A stretch of DNA of 64,000 nt from Eledone cirrhosa (GCA_964016885.1 OZ024762.1:23870001-23934000), one strand, 5' to 3'; numbered from the stretch's first letter, positions 28,005 to 41,338 are shown. Program-made: numbers and translations. Notes: generated by a model not told the origin, from the letters alone.

Positions 28005-28350
28005 AAGGCGCATGGCTTAATGGTTAGAGCATTGGGCTTGCAATCGAAAGGTTGTGAGTTCAATTCTCGGACCGGTTGATGTGTTGTTTCCTTGAGCAAG
28101 ACACTTTATTTCACATTGCTCCAGTTTACTCAGCTGTAGAAATGAGATGATAGGAACTGGGGTCCTTATCATTCCACTGCAAAGTGGTCGTGGAGGTGCC
28201 ACAGCAAAAAAGCACCCAGCACTCACTGTAAATGAGGTTGGTGTTAGGAAGGGCATCCAGCTGTAGAAATCAAGCCAGAATCAGTTCCCGTCCCACCCTT
28301 GCAAGCAGGGAAAAAGTGGACGTAAAATGTAATGATGATGATGATGATGA
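28004..28350 (+). mobile_element. Full-length SINE family A
   Basis: Near-identical to 12582-12927. Confidence 0.9.
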
Positions 28351-28487
28351 CATATGTCATATACTTACATATATATATATATATATATATAAATGTATAT
28401 ACATGTAGATCAGGATAGAACCAGTTTAAAATAAGGGAGCTCAGCTGTTGGTCCAGACTCTTTATAATATATATATTATATATACAT

Positions 28488-29302
28488 AAGGCAGACTGTA
28501 GGATGCCTGCATATGAACAGCAATGTTACATGGGAGTGAGACATGGGCATTGTGTGCAGAGGACCTGTGCAGACTGGAGAGGAATGATGCATGCATGCTC
28601 TGCTGGATGTGTAATATTAATATACATGAACAGCAAAGCATAAATGAACTAAGGGAGAAATTAGAAATAAGAGGAATCAGATGTTGTTTACTCGAGAGAA
28701 GACTACGTTGGTATGGTCACGTGATGCGCATGAAAGACGACAGGTGTATAAAAAAGTGCAGGGCGATAAAAATTGACAGAAGCTACGGAGTAGGCAGACC
28801 CAGAAAAACTTGGGATGATTTGATAAATTCCGACCTTACACACTTGAACCTCTCTAAGACAATGTCACTGGACCGAGATCTTTGGTGCTATACTGTAATA
28901 CAGAAGACCCGCCTTACCTAAGTACAAAGCGAAACCTACAGTCAGTAGGCACCCCATCCCACTACCCCAACTCCCCCACCGCCACCCCCATCAACACCAC
29001 CCCTTTCTCTGTAAAGTTATGTTGGTACCACAACATCCGGTCCTAAATAAATGAGGTCGTGTAGGTGTCACAGCAAAAAAAAACACACAGTCCACACTGT
29101 AATGTGGCCATGTAGGTAACACGGTAAAAACCTCCCAGTTCCACACTGTAAATGTGGTTGGTGTTAGGAAGGGCATCCAGCCGTAGAAAACCTGCCAGAC
29201 ATTCCCATACGAGTGAGACGACCGATCTTGCCTCAAGTGGGACAATTCCTGTCTAAACCCATGCTAGCGTGGAAGATAGATGTTAAATGATGATGATGAT
29301 GA
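28488..29302 (+). mobile_element. 5'-truncated RTE LINE
   Basis: MLHGSETW...[12 protein letters not shown]...GRPRKTWDD, 3' UTR and (ATG)n tail. Confidence 0.9.
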
Positions 29303-29459
29303 CATACACACACATATATATATCTACACCCACACACACATACACATAATATATATATATATGCACACACGTGCTGCTGTATCTGTTAGAAAGGGTGTTT
29401 GATAAAAGAATGTTTACAGGTTTAGTCTAAAAGAATGTTTGTGATAGGTGGAAGGTAAA

Positions 29460-30095
29460 GTAAACAACAACAAAAATACAAAAAGAAAAAATAAACCAAT
29501 AACAATAATACTAACAACAACAACAACAACAACAAGCACACCACTAGCAACAACAACAATAACACTAACAACAATAATAACTCTAACAACAACCACACCA
29601 CCACCTACAACAACTCTAACCACAACAACAACTCGAACCACAACAACAACTCTAACCACAACAACAACCACACCACCACCACCTACAACTCGAACCACAA
29701 CAACTCTAACCACAACAACAACCACACCACCACCACCAACTCGAACCACAACAACAACAACCACACCAACAACTCTAACCACACCAACAACTCTAACCAC
29801 ACCACCATCACACCACACCACCACCACAGCACCACCACAACAACAACCACAACAACAACCACAACTCTAACCACACCACCACAACAACTCTCACCACAAC
29901 AACTCTCACCAACAACAACTCTAACCACACCACCACCACCAACAACAATTCTAACCACACCACCACCACCAACAACAATTCTAACCACACCACCACCACT
30001 ACAACAACTCTAACCACACCACCACCACAACAACTCTCACCACAACAACTCTCACCACACCACCACCACTACAACAACTCTAACCACAACAACAA
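29460..30095. repeat. (CAA/CAC)n complex repeat
   Basis: Recurrent caactctaaccac units. Confidence 0.9.
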
Positions 30096-30134
30096 TGAAA
30101 TGAGAAATATGTTTATAAATTCCTCCTCCAACAT

Positions 30135-31025
30135 AAATGGTTATTGTATTTTTGTCTCCTCTTCCCCCCCCCCCCCGCCAAATGGACAATGTGGGGAGGG
30201 GGTGTTGGTGTCACTTTTTCTTTCTTCCTTTCTTTTCTTTTTCCTTCACTCACCCTCCCAGCCAAAACAGTGGCAGGGAGAGTGAGGGGGGCCGTTCATG
30301 TTACTTTTTTCTTTCTTTCTTTTTCACTTCCCCTCCCACCCCAACCATAGGACAGTGGTGGTCGTGGTGGTGGGAGGGGCGTTTATATTACTCTCTTTCT
30401 TTTTCCCCTCCACTCCCACCCACACCCATAGGACAGTGGGGTGATGGTGGGGCATGTTACTTTTCTTTGCCTTCCCTCTTCCCTCTCCCAGCCACCTCCC
30501 CTCCCTGTCACTATATTAACAAGGACAGTGGGTAGGTAGGTAGGTAGGTGGGTTGGTGGGTCATTTTACTTCCTTGCTTTCTTTCTCACCTCCACTTCCA
30601 CCCCCCTCCACCCCAGCTGTGGCTTCATGTTTTTCTTTCTTTTTCTTTCTTGCTCACCTCCAATCTCCCCCTCCCCAATTCAACAATCAGAGGGGGCACT
30701 GGTTGTGGTGGTGGTGGCAGTGGTGGTGGCAGTGGAGTATCATGTTACTTTTTCTCTCTGTCTACCTCTCCTGCCACTAGCACCCTCATACTCACCCCAG
30801 CCACTATGTTAACAAGGACAATGTAGGGGTGGGTCATGTTTTTCTTTCTTTCTGTCTTCCTCTCCTTCACCCTCGCCCTTACCCTCACCCCCCTAGTCAT
30901 TATATTAACAAGGACAATGGAGGGGCTGGGGGGGGGGGGGGTTGTCATGTTTTTTTTCTTTCTTTCTCTGCCCCCCCCCCCCCCCGCCCCCACCTCAGCC
31001 GCTATATCAACAAGGACAGTGTAGG
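30135..31025. repeat. Old, diverged tandem repeat (~60-100-bp units)
   Basis: Recurrent ggacagtgg / taacaaggaca ... catgttactttt motifs. Confidence 0.65.
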
Positions 31026-31175
31026 GTCACACCATTGTCAAAATATGTTCTATATATTAGTATTACTCTGACTTTTGATAATGGATTAATTCAGTCAGCT
31101 ATTTTACTTTCTGTAAAACTTAACGTCCTGTACCACATGAAACAGCATCAGTAAGACATTCTTGAAAACTACAAG

Positions 31176-31943
31176 CAGCCTGGCCTCAGACAGGCTCATG
31201 CGCCAGCTCGACCAGCACCGCCTTGCTTGTTTTCGTGCGCCGTCCAAACCCACAGTGGTGCCTGGCTCCATGCCTTGCCCTCCTTCGCCACTGGCACGCA
31301 GCTAGACAACCATAGCCTGCAAATCGGTGTTTCCCTGAGGCTCGGCCTCCGGATCTGCTAGCCACACCAATGTCGCTGTGGTTCCATCTTGGACTCTTTC
31401 AGCTCCAACCTGCTTTCCTGTCGCCAAAGTGCCGGCCGCATTCCATGCCATGCTGCCCTCAACGAGGTCATTAAACATGGCTTGGACGCTGCAGGCTTCC
31501 CTTCCCAGCTCGAGCCGGTGGGGCTGGATCGAGGGGACGGTAAAGGGCTAGATGGCATGACCATCTTCCCGTTCCGTGGTGGCAAACCCCTCGTCAGGGA
31601 TTCGACTTACGCCGACACTTTCTGCAGCCGCAACCTGGTGCGGTCTGCGACTGACCCAGGTTCTGCTGCCCGTCGAGCTGAGGGGGCCAAACTCCTCAAA
31701 TACCGGTCGCTCTCTGACAGGTTTGCGGTCGTACCCCTGGCAATGGAGACTTCTGGTGTCCTCGGCCCCAGGGCTCCCTCCTTACTCACCACCATAGGCG
31801 CTGAGCTGGCCAGCCGCAGGTGTGAGCCCTGCGAGTTGGAGTGGCTTTTCCAGCGCGTCTCCCTTGCCGTCCTCCAGGGAAACGCCTTCTCCATTCTGTC
31901 CGCTGGGGCTGTGGGTGGGACCCATCGCGTACCAATACATTAG
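31176..31943 (+). mobile_element. 5'-truncated CRE-clade-like non-LTR retrotransposon (zinc knuckle plus restriction-like endonuclease), pseudogenised
   Basis: GAWLHALP...LRLG..CRCG..SC..HAALN..EPVGLDRGDGK(GL)DG..AEGAKLLKY..ETSG..LFQRVSLAVLQGNA; in-frame stop near 31358; GC-rich island. Confidence 0.8.
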
Positions 31944-32043
31944 TTAAATACCATTCTTTCATCTGATATAACACCAACATAGATACATACCGATAAGTAC
32001 AAAACAACTATGACTACAGACCATGGGAAACCAGACTAGCAAG

Positions 32044-32239
32044 ACATTACTCTATATATATTATTATATTTCCATGGTAAAAAGCTTTATCTCACATAAT
32101 ATAGAATCTATGAGATTTTGATATCATTTATTTTGAGAACACTACCTTAACATCAGTATGAGTGGCTAGCTATTGCCAGTTTGAACAGAGAGATGTGAGA
32201 GAATTCTGGCCGGATATGGCCGGTTGAAATGCTAAAGGG
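32044..32239. mobile_element. piggyBac-type MITE lacking the left TIR
   Basis: Ends AAATGCTAAAGGG|TTAA. Confidence 0.75.
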
Positions 32240-32270
32240 TTAACCCTTTAGCATTTACATTACTCTATAT

Positions 32271-33765
32271 CAGGCATGAGTAACCTTTTTCAAGAAGTGG
32301 GCCACATGAGATATGGCTCATCATCAGGCGGGCCACATGAGATATGGCTCATCATCAGGCGGGCCACATGAGATATGGCTCATCATCAGGCGGGCCACAT
32401 GAGATATGGCTCATCATCAGGTGGGCCACATGAGATATGACTCATCATCAGGTGGGCCACATGAGATATGACTCATCATCAGGCGGGCCACATGAGATAT
32501 GGCTCATCATCAGGTGGGCCACATGAGATATGACTCATCATCAGGCAGGCTGCATGAGATATGGCTCATCATCAGGTGGGCCACATGAGATATGACTCAT
32601 CATCAGGCAGGCTGCATGAGATATGGCTCATCATCAGGTGGGCCGCATGAGATGACTCATCATCAGGCGGGCCACATGAGATATGACTCATCATCAGGTG
32701 GGCCACATGAGATATGACTCATCATCAGGTGGGCCACATGAGATATGACTCATCATCAGGTGGGCCACATGAGATATGGCTCATCATCAGGTGGGCCACA
32801 TGAGATATGGCTCATCATCAGGCAGGCCACATGAGATATGGCTATCATCAGGTGGGCCGCATGAGATATGGCTCGTCATCAGGTGGGCCACATGAGATAT
32901 AGCTCATCATCAGGTGGGCCACATGAGATATGGCTATCATCAGGTGGGCCACATGAGATATGGCTCGTCATCAGGTGGGCCGCATGAGATATGGCTCATC
33001 ATCAGGTGGGCCACATGAGATATGGCTTATCATCAGGTGGGCCACATGAGATATGACTCATCATCAGGTGGGCCGCATGAGATATGGCTTATCATCAGGT
33101 GGGCCACATGAGATATGACTCATCATCAGGCAGGCCACATGAGATATGGCTCATCATCAGGTGGGCCACATGAGATATGACTCATCATCAGGTGGGCCAC
33201 ATGAGATATGACTCATCATCAGGTGGGCCACATGAGATATGGCTCATCATCAGGTGGGCCACATGAGATATGGCTCATCATCAGGTGGGCCACATGAGAT
33301 ATGGCTCATCATCAGGTGGGCCACATGAGATATGGCTCATCATCAGGTGGGCCACATGAGATATGGCTCATCATCAGGTGGGCCACATGAGATATGGCTC
33401 ATCATCAGGTGGGCCACATGAGATATAGCTCATCATCAGGCAGGCCACATGAGATATAGCTCATCATCAGGCAGGCCACATGAGATATAGCTCATCATCA
33501 GGCAGGCCACATGAGATATGGCTTATCATCAGGCGGGCCGCAAGCGCTAATCTACATTCGTGCCCACATTAAAAAAAGGGCGATAACTCAGGTTATTTTG
33601 ATTTGTTTCTTCAGAATTCGTACATGTTGTTTTCCTCAATCGTAAAAATGATAGAAAGATAAATTATGACTGAAAAGTTGGGGTAAAAAAATCAGAAAGA
33701 TTTCACTTAGGTGACTTAGGCGAGCCATTGAGAAAGCTTTGCGGGCCACAGGTTGTCTATGACTG
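32271..33765. mobile_element. hAT (Charlie-like) MITE containing a 31-bp array
   Basis: Imperfect TIR CAGGCATGAGTAACC / GGTTGTCTATGACTG; 8-bp TSD ctctatat / cgctatat; GCGGGCC subterminal motifs. Confidence 0.75.
32298..33540. repeat. 31-bp minisatellite gggccacatgagatatggctcatcatcaggt, ~40 copies
   Basis: Direct inspection. Confidence 0.97.
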
Positions 33766-34181
33766 CGCTATATATACTATTATATTTTCATGGTTAAGGC
33801 TTTACTTCACATAAATATCTCATATAGTATTGAATCAATGAGATTCTGATATTATTTATTTTGTGAACAATACCTTAACATAAGTATGAGCGACCAGTTA
33901 CTGCTGGTTTGAACAGGAAGGAGGTGAGAGAATTCTTGCTGGATACATTCAGTTTAAATGCTAAAGGGTTAAAGCTGTCATATCCAGCCTGAGATTTTTA
34001 TATTATTTATTTTGAGAACAATACCTTAACATCAGTATGAGTGGCCAGTTATGGTTGGTTTGAGTAGAAAGAGGTGAGAGAATTCTGACTGGATACAGCC
34101 GGTTTAGGTGCTAAAAGTTTAAAAATTAAAGTCTTTGCTCTAATACTGCAAATTTTCACAACAATCTTTCCACTACTAAAG

Positions 34182-34527
34182 ATCATCATCATCATCATTT
34201 CATTTTATGTTCGCCTTTTCCCTGCTTGCAAGGGTGGGACGGGAACTCATTCTGGCTTGATTTCTACAGCTGGATGCCCTTCCTAACACCAACCTCATTT
34301 ACAGTGAGTGCTGGGTGCTTTTTTTGCCGTGGCACCTCCACGACCACTTTACAGTGGAATGATAGGGACCCCAGTCCCTATCATCTCATTTCTACAGCTG
34401 AGTAAACTGGAGCAATGTGAAATAAAGTGTCTTGCTCAAGGAAACAACACATCACCCGGTCTGAGAATTGAACTCACAACCTTTCGATTGCAAGGCCAAT
34501 GCTCTAACCACTAAGCCATGTGCCTCC
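34182..34527 (-). mobile_element. Full-length SINE family A
   Basis: Near-identical to other copies. Confidence 0.9.
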
Positions 34528-34623
34528 AAGATACTATAAACATTTAAATTAACAGACCATATGAAACCACATGAGTAAGATATCCTTGAAAAATACAAAA
34601 CAACATTGACTACATCACATTAA

Positions 34624-34894
34624 CCCTTTAGCATTTACATTACTCTATCTTTACTATTATATTTTTGTGGTAAATACTTTATCTTTCATAATCCCGTCTA
34701 ACCCGTGCTAGCGTGGAAAGTGGACGTTAAACGAAGATGATGATGATGATGAATATCGGATCTATGAGATATTGATATTATTTATTTTGAGAACATTAAC
34801 TTAACATCAGTATGAGTGGCTGGTTATGGCCGGTTTGAACTGAGAGAGGTTCAGAGAATTCTGGCTAGATACGGCCAGCTTCAATGCTAAAGGG
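34624..34894. mobile_element. piggyBac-type MITE with an inserted ~60-bp RTE 3' tail (34693-34750)
   Basis: TTAA on both flanks; CCCTTTAGCATT TIR. Confidence 0.85.
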
Positions 34895-34984
34895 TTAAAA
34901 AATTAGTCTTTGCTTTAATAGTGCAAATTTTCACAACACTCCCACCATAAACATTTCAGTTAAAAAACCACATGAAACCACAAT

Positions 34985-36505
34985 GGGTTGGATGGATGGA
35001 TGGTTGGTTGGTTGGTTGACTGGTTGGTTGACTGGTTGGTTGACTGGTTGGTTGGTTGGTTGGTTGGTTGGTTGGTTGGTTGGTTGGTTGACTGGTTGGT
35101 TGACTGGTTGGTTGGTTGGTTGGTTGGTTGGTTGGTTGGTTGACTGGTTGGATGGTTGGTTGGATGGTTAGTTGGCTGTTTTGTTGGTTGGTTGGTTGGA
35201 TGGTTGGTTGGTTGACTGGTTGGATGGTTGACTGGTTGGATGGATGGTTGGTTGGTTGGTTGGCTGGATGGTTGGTTGGTTGGTTGGCTGTTTTGTTGGT
35301 TGGCTGGATGGTTGGTTGGTTGGTTGGCTGTTTTGTTGGTTGGTTGGTTGGTTGGCTGTTTTGTTGGTTGGCTGGTTGGTTGGCTGTTTTGTTGGTTGGC
35401 TGGTTGGTTGGCTGTATGGTTGGTTGGTTGGTTGGTTGGCTGTTTTGTTGGTTGGTTGAATGGTTGGATGGTTGGTTGGTTGGCTGTTTTGTTGGTTGGT
35501 TGAATGGTTGGATGGATGGTTGGTTGGTTGGCTGTTTTGTTGGTTGGTTGAATGGTTGGATGGATGGTTGGTTGGTTGGCTGTTTTGTTGGTTGGTTGAA
35601 TGGTTGGATGGATGGTTGGTTGGTTGGCTGTTTTGTTGGTTGGTTGAATGGTTGGTTGGTTGGCTGTTTTGTTGGTTGGTTGAATGGTTGGTTGGTTGGC
35701 TGTTTTGTTGGTTGGTTGAATGGTTGGATGGATGGTTGGTTGGTTGGTTGGTTGGTTGGCTGTTTTGTTGGTTGGCTGTATGGTTGGTTGGTTGGTTGGC
35801 TGTTTTGTTGGTTGGTTGAATGGTTGGATGGATGGTTGGTTGGTTGGCTGTTTTGTTGGTTGGTTGAATGGTTGGATGGATGGTTGGTTGGTTGGCTGTT
35901 TTGTTGGTTGGTTGAATGGTTGGATGGATGGTTGGTTGGTTGGTTGGCTGGATGGTTGGTTGGTTGGTTGGCTGTTTTGTTGGTTGGTTGAATGGTTGGA
36001 TGGATGGTTGGTTGGTTGGTTGGCTGGATGGTTGGTTGGTTGGTTGGCTGTTTTGTTGGTTGGTTGGTTGGTTGGTTGGCTGTTTTGTTGGTTGGCTGGT
36101 TGGTTGGCTGTATGGTTGGTTGGTTGGTTGGCTGTTTTGTTGGTTGGTTGAATGGTTGGATGGATGGTTGGTTGGTTGGCTGTTTTGTTGGTTGGTTGGT
36201 TGGTTGGATGGATGGTTGGTTGGTTGGTTGGCTGTTTTGTTGGTTGGTTGGTTGGTTGGCTGTTTTGTTGGTTGGCTGGTTGGTTGGCTGGTTGGTTGGC
36301 TGTATGGTTGGTTGGTTGGATGGTTGGAAGGTTGGTTGGTTGGCTGGTTGGCTGGTTGGTTGGTTGGTTGGTTGGCTGTATGGTTGGTTGGTTGGTTGGA
36401 TGTTTGGTTGGTTGGCTGGTTGGCTGGTTGGTTGGCTGGTTGGTTGGCTGTATGGTTGGTTGGTTGGATGGTTGGCTGGTTGGCTGGTTGGTTGGTTGGT
36501 TGGCT
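34985..36505. repeat. (GGTT)n-derived complex satellite
   Basis: GGTT runs punctuated by gctgttttgtt and gaatggttggat. Confidence 0.95.
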
Positions 36506-36902
36506 GAGTAGTTGAACTGACATACTGTCTGGTGTATTTAATCTTGTCATCACCACTGTCATCATCATCATCATCGGAGCCATCATCATCATCGATAATA
36601 GCATCACTATCATCATCATCATCACTATTATCATTGTCATCATCATCAGCAGTACCAGCATCGTATTTGAACCTGCTGCGATGATAAGGTGCAACATTTA
36701 TAACTATTACACGGCCATCATTATATTATTGTCATCATCATCATCATCATTGTAACCTACTGTGATAAGGTGCACATTTTACAACTAGCACTCAACATCA
36801 TTGTTGTCAAAGCAACAAAAAAAAAAAGAGAGTAAAAAACCCCCAAACCCCACAGAGATAAAATACATTGGTACGCCATCTGCAAGAAAAATCAATAGTT
36901 AA

Positions 36903-37318
36903 CCCTTTACCATTTACATTACTCTATATATACTATTATATTTTCAGTGGATTGGCAGTATCGGTAGAGGGTCAGACGCCATGCTTTGAAGCATAGAGTT
37001 ACGTCCCTTTACGATCTGAGTTCAAATCCCGCCGAGGTTGACTTTGCCTTTCATCCTAACGGGGTCGATAAAATAAAGTACCAGTAATGCACTGGGTAAT
37101 TGCTGGCCTTGTGCCTAAAGTAGAAACAATTATATTTTCATGGTAAAGGCTTTATCTCACATAATTATCTCACATATTATCAAATCTATGAGATTTTGAT
37201 GTTATTTAGTTTGGAGAACAATACGTTAACATCAGTATGAGCAGCCAGTTACAGCCGGTTTGAACAGAAAGAGGTGAGAGAATTCTGGCCAGATATGGCT
37301 GGTTTAAATGCTAAAGGG
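36903..37318. mobile_element. piggyBac-type MITE with an inserted SINE B (36947-37128)
   Basis: TTAA flanks; the SINE is bounded by the duplicated target attatattttca. Confidence 0.88.
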
Positions 37319-37638
37319 TTAAACTATATTGCATTCTGACGGATGTTACATGAGGATCTGGCCAGAATCCTTTCACATCTTTCTGTTGAAACTGGCCGTG
37401 ACTGGCTACTTATACTGATGTTAAGGTATTATTCTCAAAATAGATAATATCAAAATCTCATAGATTTGATATTATGTGAGGTAAAGCCTTTACCATGAAA
37501 ATAGTTATATTTAGAGAGAGAGAGAACATCTCTTGTAACTCTCCCTCTCTCCTCGTACTTCAGCTACCAACTCTCTCTCTCTCTCTCTCTCTCAAAGCTA
37601 CAACCACAAGAGCAGCCATACACATAGACTTATGCAGT

Positions 37639-37639
<1 letters not shown>

Positions 37640-37671
<32 letters not shown>

Positions 37672-38890
37672 CTCACAGACCCACACAGACATACACACAC
37701 AGACATACACACTCACAGACCCACACACACACACACTCAGACCCACACAGACACACACACAGACATACACACTCACAAACCCACACACTGACACACACAC
37801 ACAGACATACACACACACAGACATACACACTCACAGACCCACACACTCACAGACCCACACACTCACAGACCCACACACTCACAGACCCACACACTCACAG
37901 ACATACACACACACAGACATACACACAGACATACACACTCACAGACATACACACTCACAGACATACACACACACAGATATACACACTCACAGACATACAC
38001 ACACACAGACATACACACAGACATACACACTCAGACATACACACTCACAGACATACACACTCACAGACATACACACACACAGATATACACACTCACAGAT
38101 ATACACACTCACAGACATACACACACACAGACATACACACAGACATACACACTCACAGACATACACACTCACAGACATACACACACACAGACATACACAC
38201 TCACAGACATTCACAGACCCACACACTCACAGACCCACACACTCACAGACATACACACACACACAGACATACACACAGACATACACACACACATACATAC
38301 ACACTCACATACCCCCACAGACACACACACACATACACACACAGACATACACACACACAGATACACACTCACAGACATACACACTCACAGACCCCCACAC
38401 AGACATACACACACACATACACACATACACTCACAGACCCACACACACACAGACACACACACACACAGACACACACACTCACAGACATACACACACACAG
38501 ACATACACACACACAGACATACACACACACAGACATACACACTCACAGACCCCCACAGACATACACACTCACAGACCCCCACACAGACATACACACACAC
38601 AGACATACACACTCAGACATACACACTCACAGACATACACACTCACAGACATACACACACACACACACAGACATACATACACACACATACATACACACTC
38701 ACGGACACACACACACAGACATACACACACTCAGACCCATACACTCACAGACCCACACTCACAGACCCACACTCACAGACCCACACACACAGACATACAC
38801 ACTCACAGACCCACACACTCACAGACCCACACACAGACATACACACACACATAGACACACACAGACATACACACTCACAGAGCCACACAC
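37640..38890. repeat. (CA)n-derived satellite (cacagacata / cacagaccca units)
   Basis: Direct inspection. Confidence 0.95.
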
Positions 38891-39084
38891 AATGACATGC
38901 AAGTAACAAATACGCACACAGGTAGCTCTCTCTCTCTCTCTCTCACTCTAAAGTGTCTTGCTCAAAGACATAACGCATCACCTGGTCCAGTAATCGAACT
39001 CAAGATTGTGAATCCAATTCTCTAACCACTCAGCCACACACCTTCACGTATATATATACACCACGTATATATTTATATACACCA

Positions 39085-39162
39085 CAGGGTGTCCCCAAGA
39101 AATGTGTACATACTTCAACAGCATTCTAATAAAAGTGGTATACATTTTTGGGGGACACCCTG
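39085..39162. mobile_element. Tc1/mariner-type MITE, ~78 bp
   Basis: TIR CAGGGTGTCCCC..AAATGT / ACATTTTTGGGGGACACCCTG followed by TA. Confidence 0.75.
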
Positions 39163-39326
39163 TATATATATGTTCTCTCCTTATACTTGAATTGACAACT
39201 GTCTCTCTCTCTCTCTCTCTCTCAAAGACCAGCCATACACATATCCAGATACACACACACACGCACAGATACACACACACACACAGATACACACACACTC
39301 ACACAGATACACACACACTCACAGAT

Positions 39327-39363
<37 letters not shown>

Positions 39364-39467
39364 GATACACACACACACATACACACACTCACAGATACAC
39401 ACACACACACACACAGATACACACACACACACACAGATACACACACACACACACAGTCAGACAAATA

Positions 39468-39522
<55 letters not shown>

Positions 39523-39730
39523 TCTCATACTCTTTCCCTTTGTACTTGAGTTGACAACTCTCTCTCACACATGCACACTCTCACACTTGCACACTCTCTC
39601 ACTCTCTCTCTCTCACTCACTCTCTCACTCACTCTCTCACTCTCTCACCCCCACCCCCCTCTCACACTCTCTCTCGCCCCCTCCCCCATCTCTCACCACC
39701 TCAAGAGCAGCCATACACATACTTCTATAC

Positions 39731-39772
<42 letters not shown>

Positions 39773-39867
39773 ATATGTACCCTCCTCCTCTCCTCATACT
39801 TCAGCTAGCAACTCTCTCTCTCTCTCTCTCAAAGGTACCACCTCAAGAGCAGCCATACACATACTTC

Positions 39868-39901
<34 letters not shown>

Positions 39902-40390
39902 TATATGTACCCTCCTCCTCTCCTCATACTTCAGCTAGCAACTCTCTCAAAGGTACCACCACCTCAAGAGCAGCCGCCATAATCTGTGATATAGATTTTT
40001 CCTTTGAAGAACACTTTAACATATAACTGAATTATTTACATTTGCAGCTAGCTACATCTATATCTATCCTGGACAGAGAGGACAGGGGGACATGCTGCTG
40101 CAATGACGGGTGAGAGATCGGGGTGGAGGGCTGGGGGAAGAAGAAGAAGAGCTGTGTGTGTGTTTTTCATCGCGTCACCAACACTAACAGTTTTCACGCC
40201 AGACAAAGTGCAATATATATATATAATATAGAAATGTCTTCTACAGAACTAGAACTGTTTCCTGATGATTTCTTCCGAATGAAACAGTTCTAGTCCTGTA
40301 TAAGCCATTTATATATTAAATATTTATACTCTATGTATTGAGTACTTTACTTAATGTGGTTACTCCCAATTGAACCCGGGATAAACTTAT

Positions 40391-40421
<31 letters not shown>

Positions 40422-40425
40422 GATG

Positions 40426-40476
40426 AGATTCTACAGGACTAGAACTGTTTCATTCTTTAGAAATCATCAGGAATCT
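40426..40476 (-). ncRNA. Type I hammerhead ribozyme-like motif
   Basis: AGATTC-CTGATGA-tTTC/GAAt-GAAA-CAG(loop)CTG-TA-GAATCT; a second copy lies on + at about 40258-40302. Confidence 0.65.
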
Positions 40477-40544
40477 GCAATGTATTGAGTACCTTACTTA
40501 CTGTGGTTACCTCTGATTCAACCCGGAATAACGTATATATACAT

Positions 40545-40887
40545 ATCATCATCATCATCATTTCATTTTACGTCCGCTTTTCCCTGCTTGCAAGGGTGGG
40601 ACGGGAACTGATTCTGGCTTGATTTCTACAGCTGGATGCCCTTCCTAACACCAACCTCATTTACAGTGAGTGCTGGGTGCTTTTTTGCCGTGGCACCTCC
40701 ACGACCACTTTGCAGTGGAATGATAGGGACCCCAGTCCTATCATCTCATTTCTACAGCTGAGTAAACTGGAGCAATGTGAAATAAAGTGTCTTGCTCAAG
40801 GAAACAACACATCACCCGGTCTGAGAATTGAACTCACAACCTTTCGATTGAAAGGCCAATGCTCTAACCACTAAGCCATGTGCCTCC
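40545..40887 (-). mobile_element. Full-length SINE family A
   Basis: Near-identical to other copies. Confidence 0.9.
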
Positions 40888-41004
40888 ATTTATATATATA
40901 TATATATATATGTATAGCTATGTGTATGCTCTAGGAGTCTACATAACATTACCTATTAAGTACGCTGAGATGAAACCGGTATTAGCAGTGAAACCCATGC
41001 TAGT

Positions 41005-41190
41005 CTGGTTTGCCAGTGTCAGTAGAGAGTCGGACGCCATGCTTTGACACACAGAGTTACGGTCCTTGCTATTCTGAGTTCAAATCCAGCCGAGGTTAAC
41101 TTTGCCTTTCATCCTTACGGGGATTGATAAAATAAAGTACCAGTAATACACTGGGATAACTGCTGGCCTTGTGCCAAAAGTAGAAACAAT
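41005..41190 (+). mobile_element. SINE family B
   Basis: B box and shared central and 3' motifs. Confidence 0.85.
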
Positions 41191-41338
41191 TAATATATAT
41201 ATAAATATATATGTAGGAGGTGAGTTTTATTGTAGTACAATAAAGCAATGCAGATATCGGATAAGAAGCACTCTACAGTTTGTAGGACTGGAGTATACAT
41301 AATATATAAGATCTAAAGATGGTTAAAGGAGTTCCATG

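Larger units (their letters stand above)
32244..33968. mobile_element. piggyBac-type MITE interrupted by a hAT MITE
   Basis: TTAA|CCCTTTAGCATTTA ... TAAATGCTAAAGGG|TTAA (14-bp TIR). Confidence 0.85.

Noticed and set aside
32298-33540. Tandem hammerhead array (minus-strand CTGATGA plus a small stem in each unit)
   Set aside because: No GAAA or stem III follows, so the core is incomplete.
35168-36697. 509-aa QPTN-repeat ORF
   Set aside because: Translation of the (AACC)n satellite.
36867-36879. Start of TFIIA-gamma (MAYQL...)
   Set aside because: Only four codons match and no downstream exon was found.
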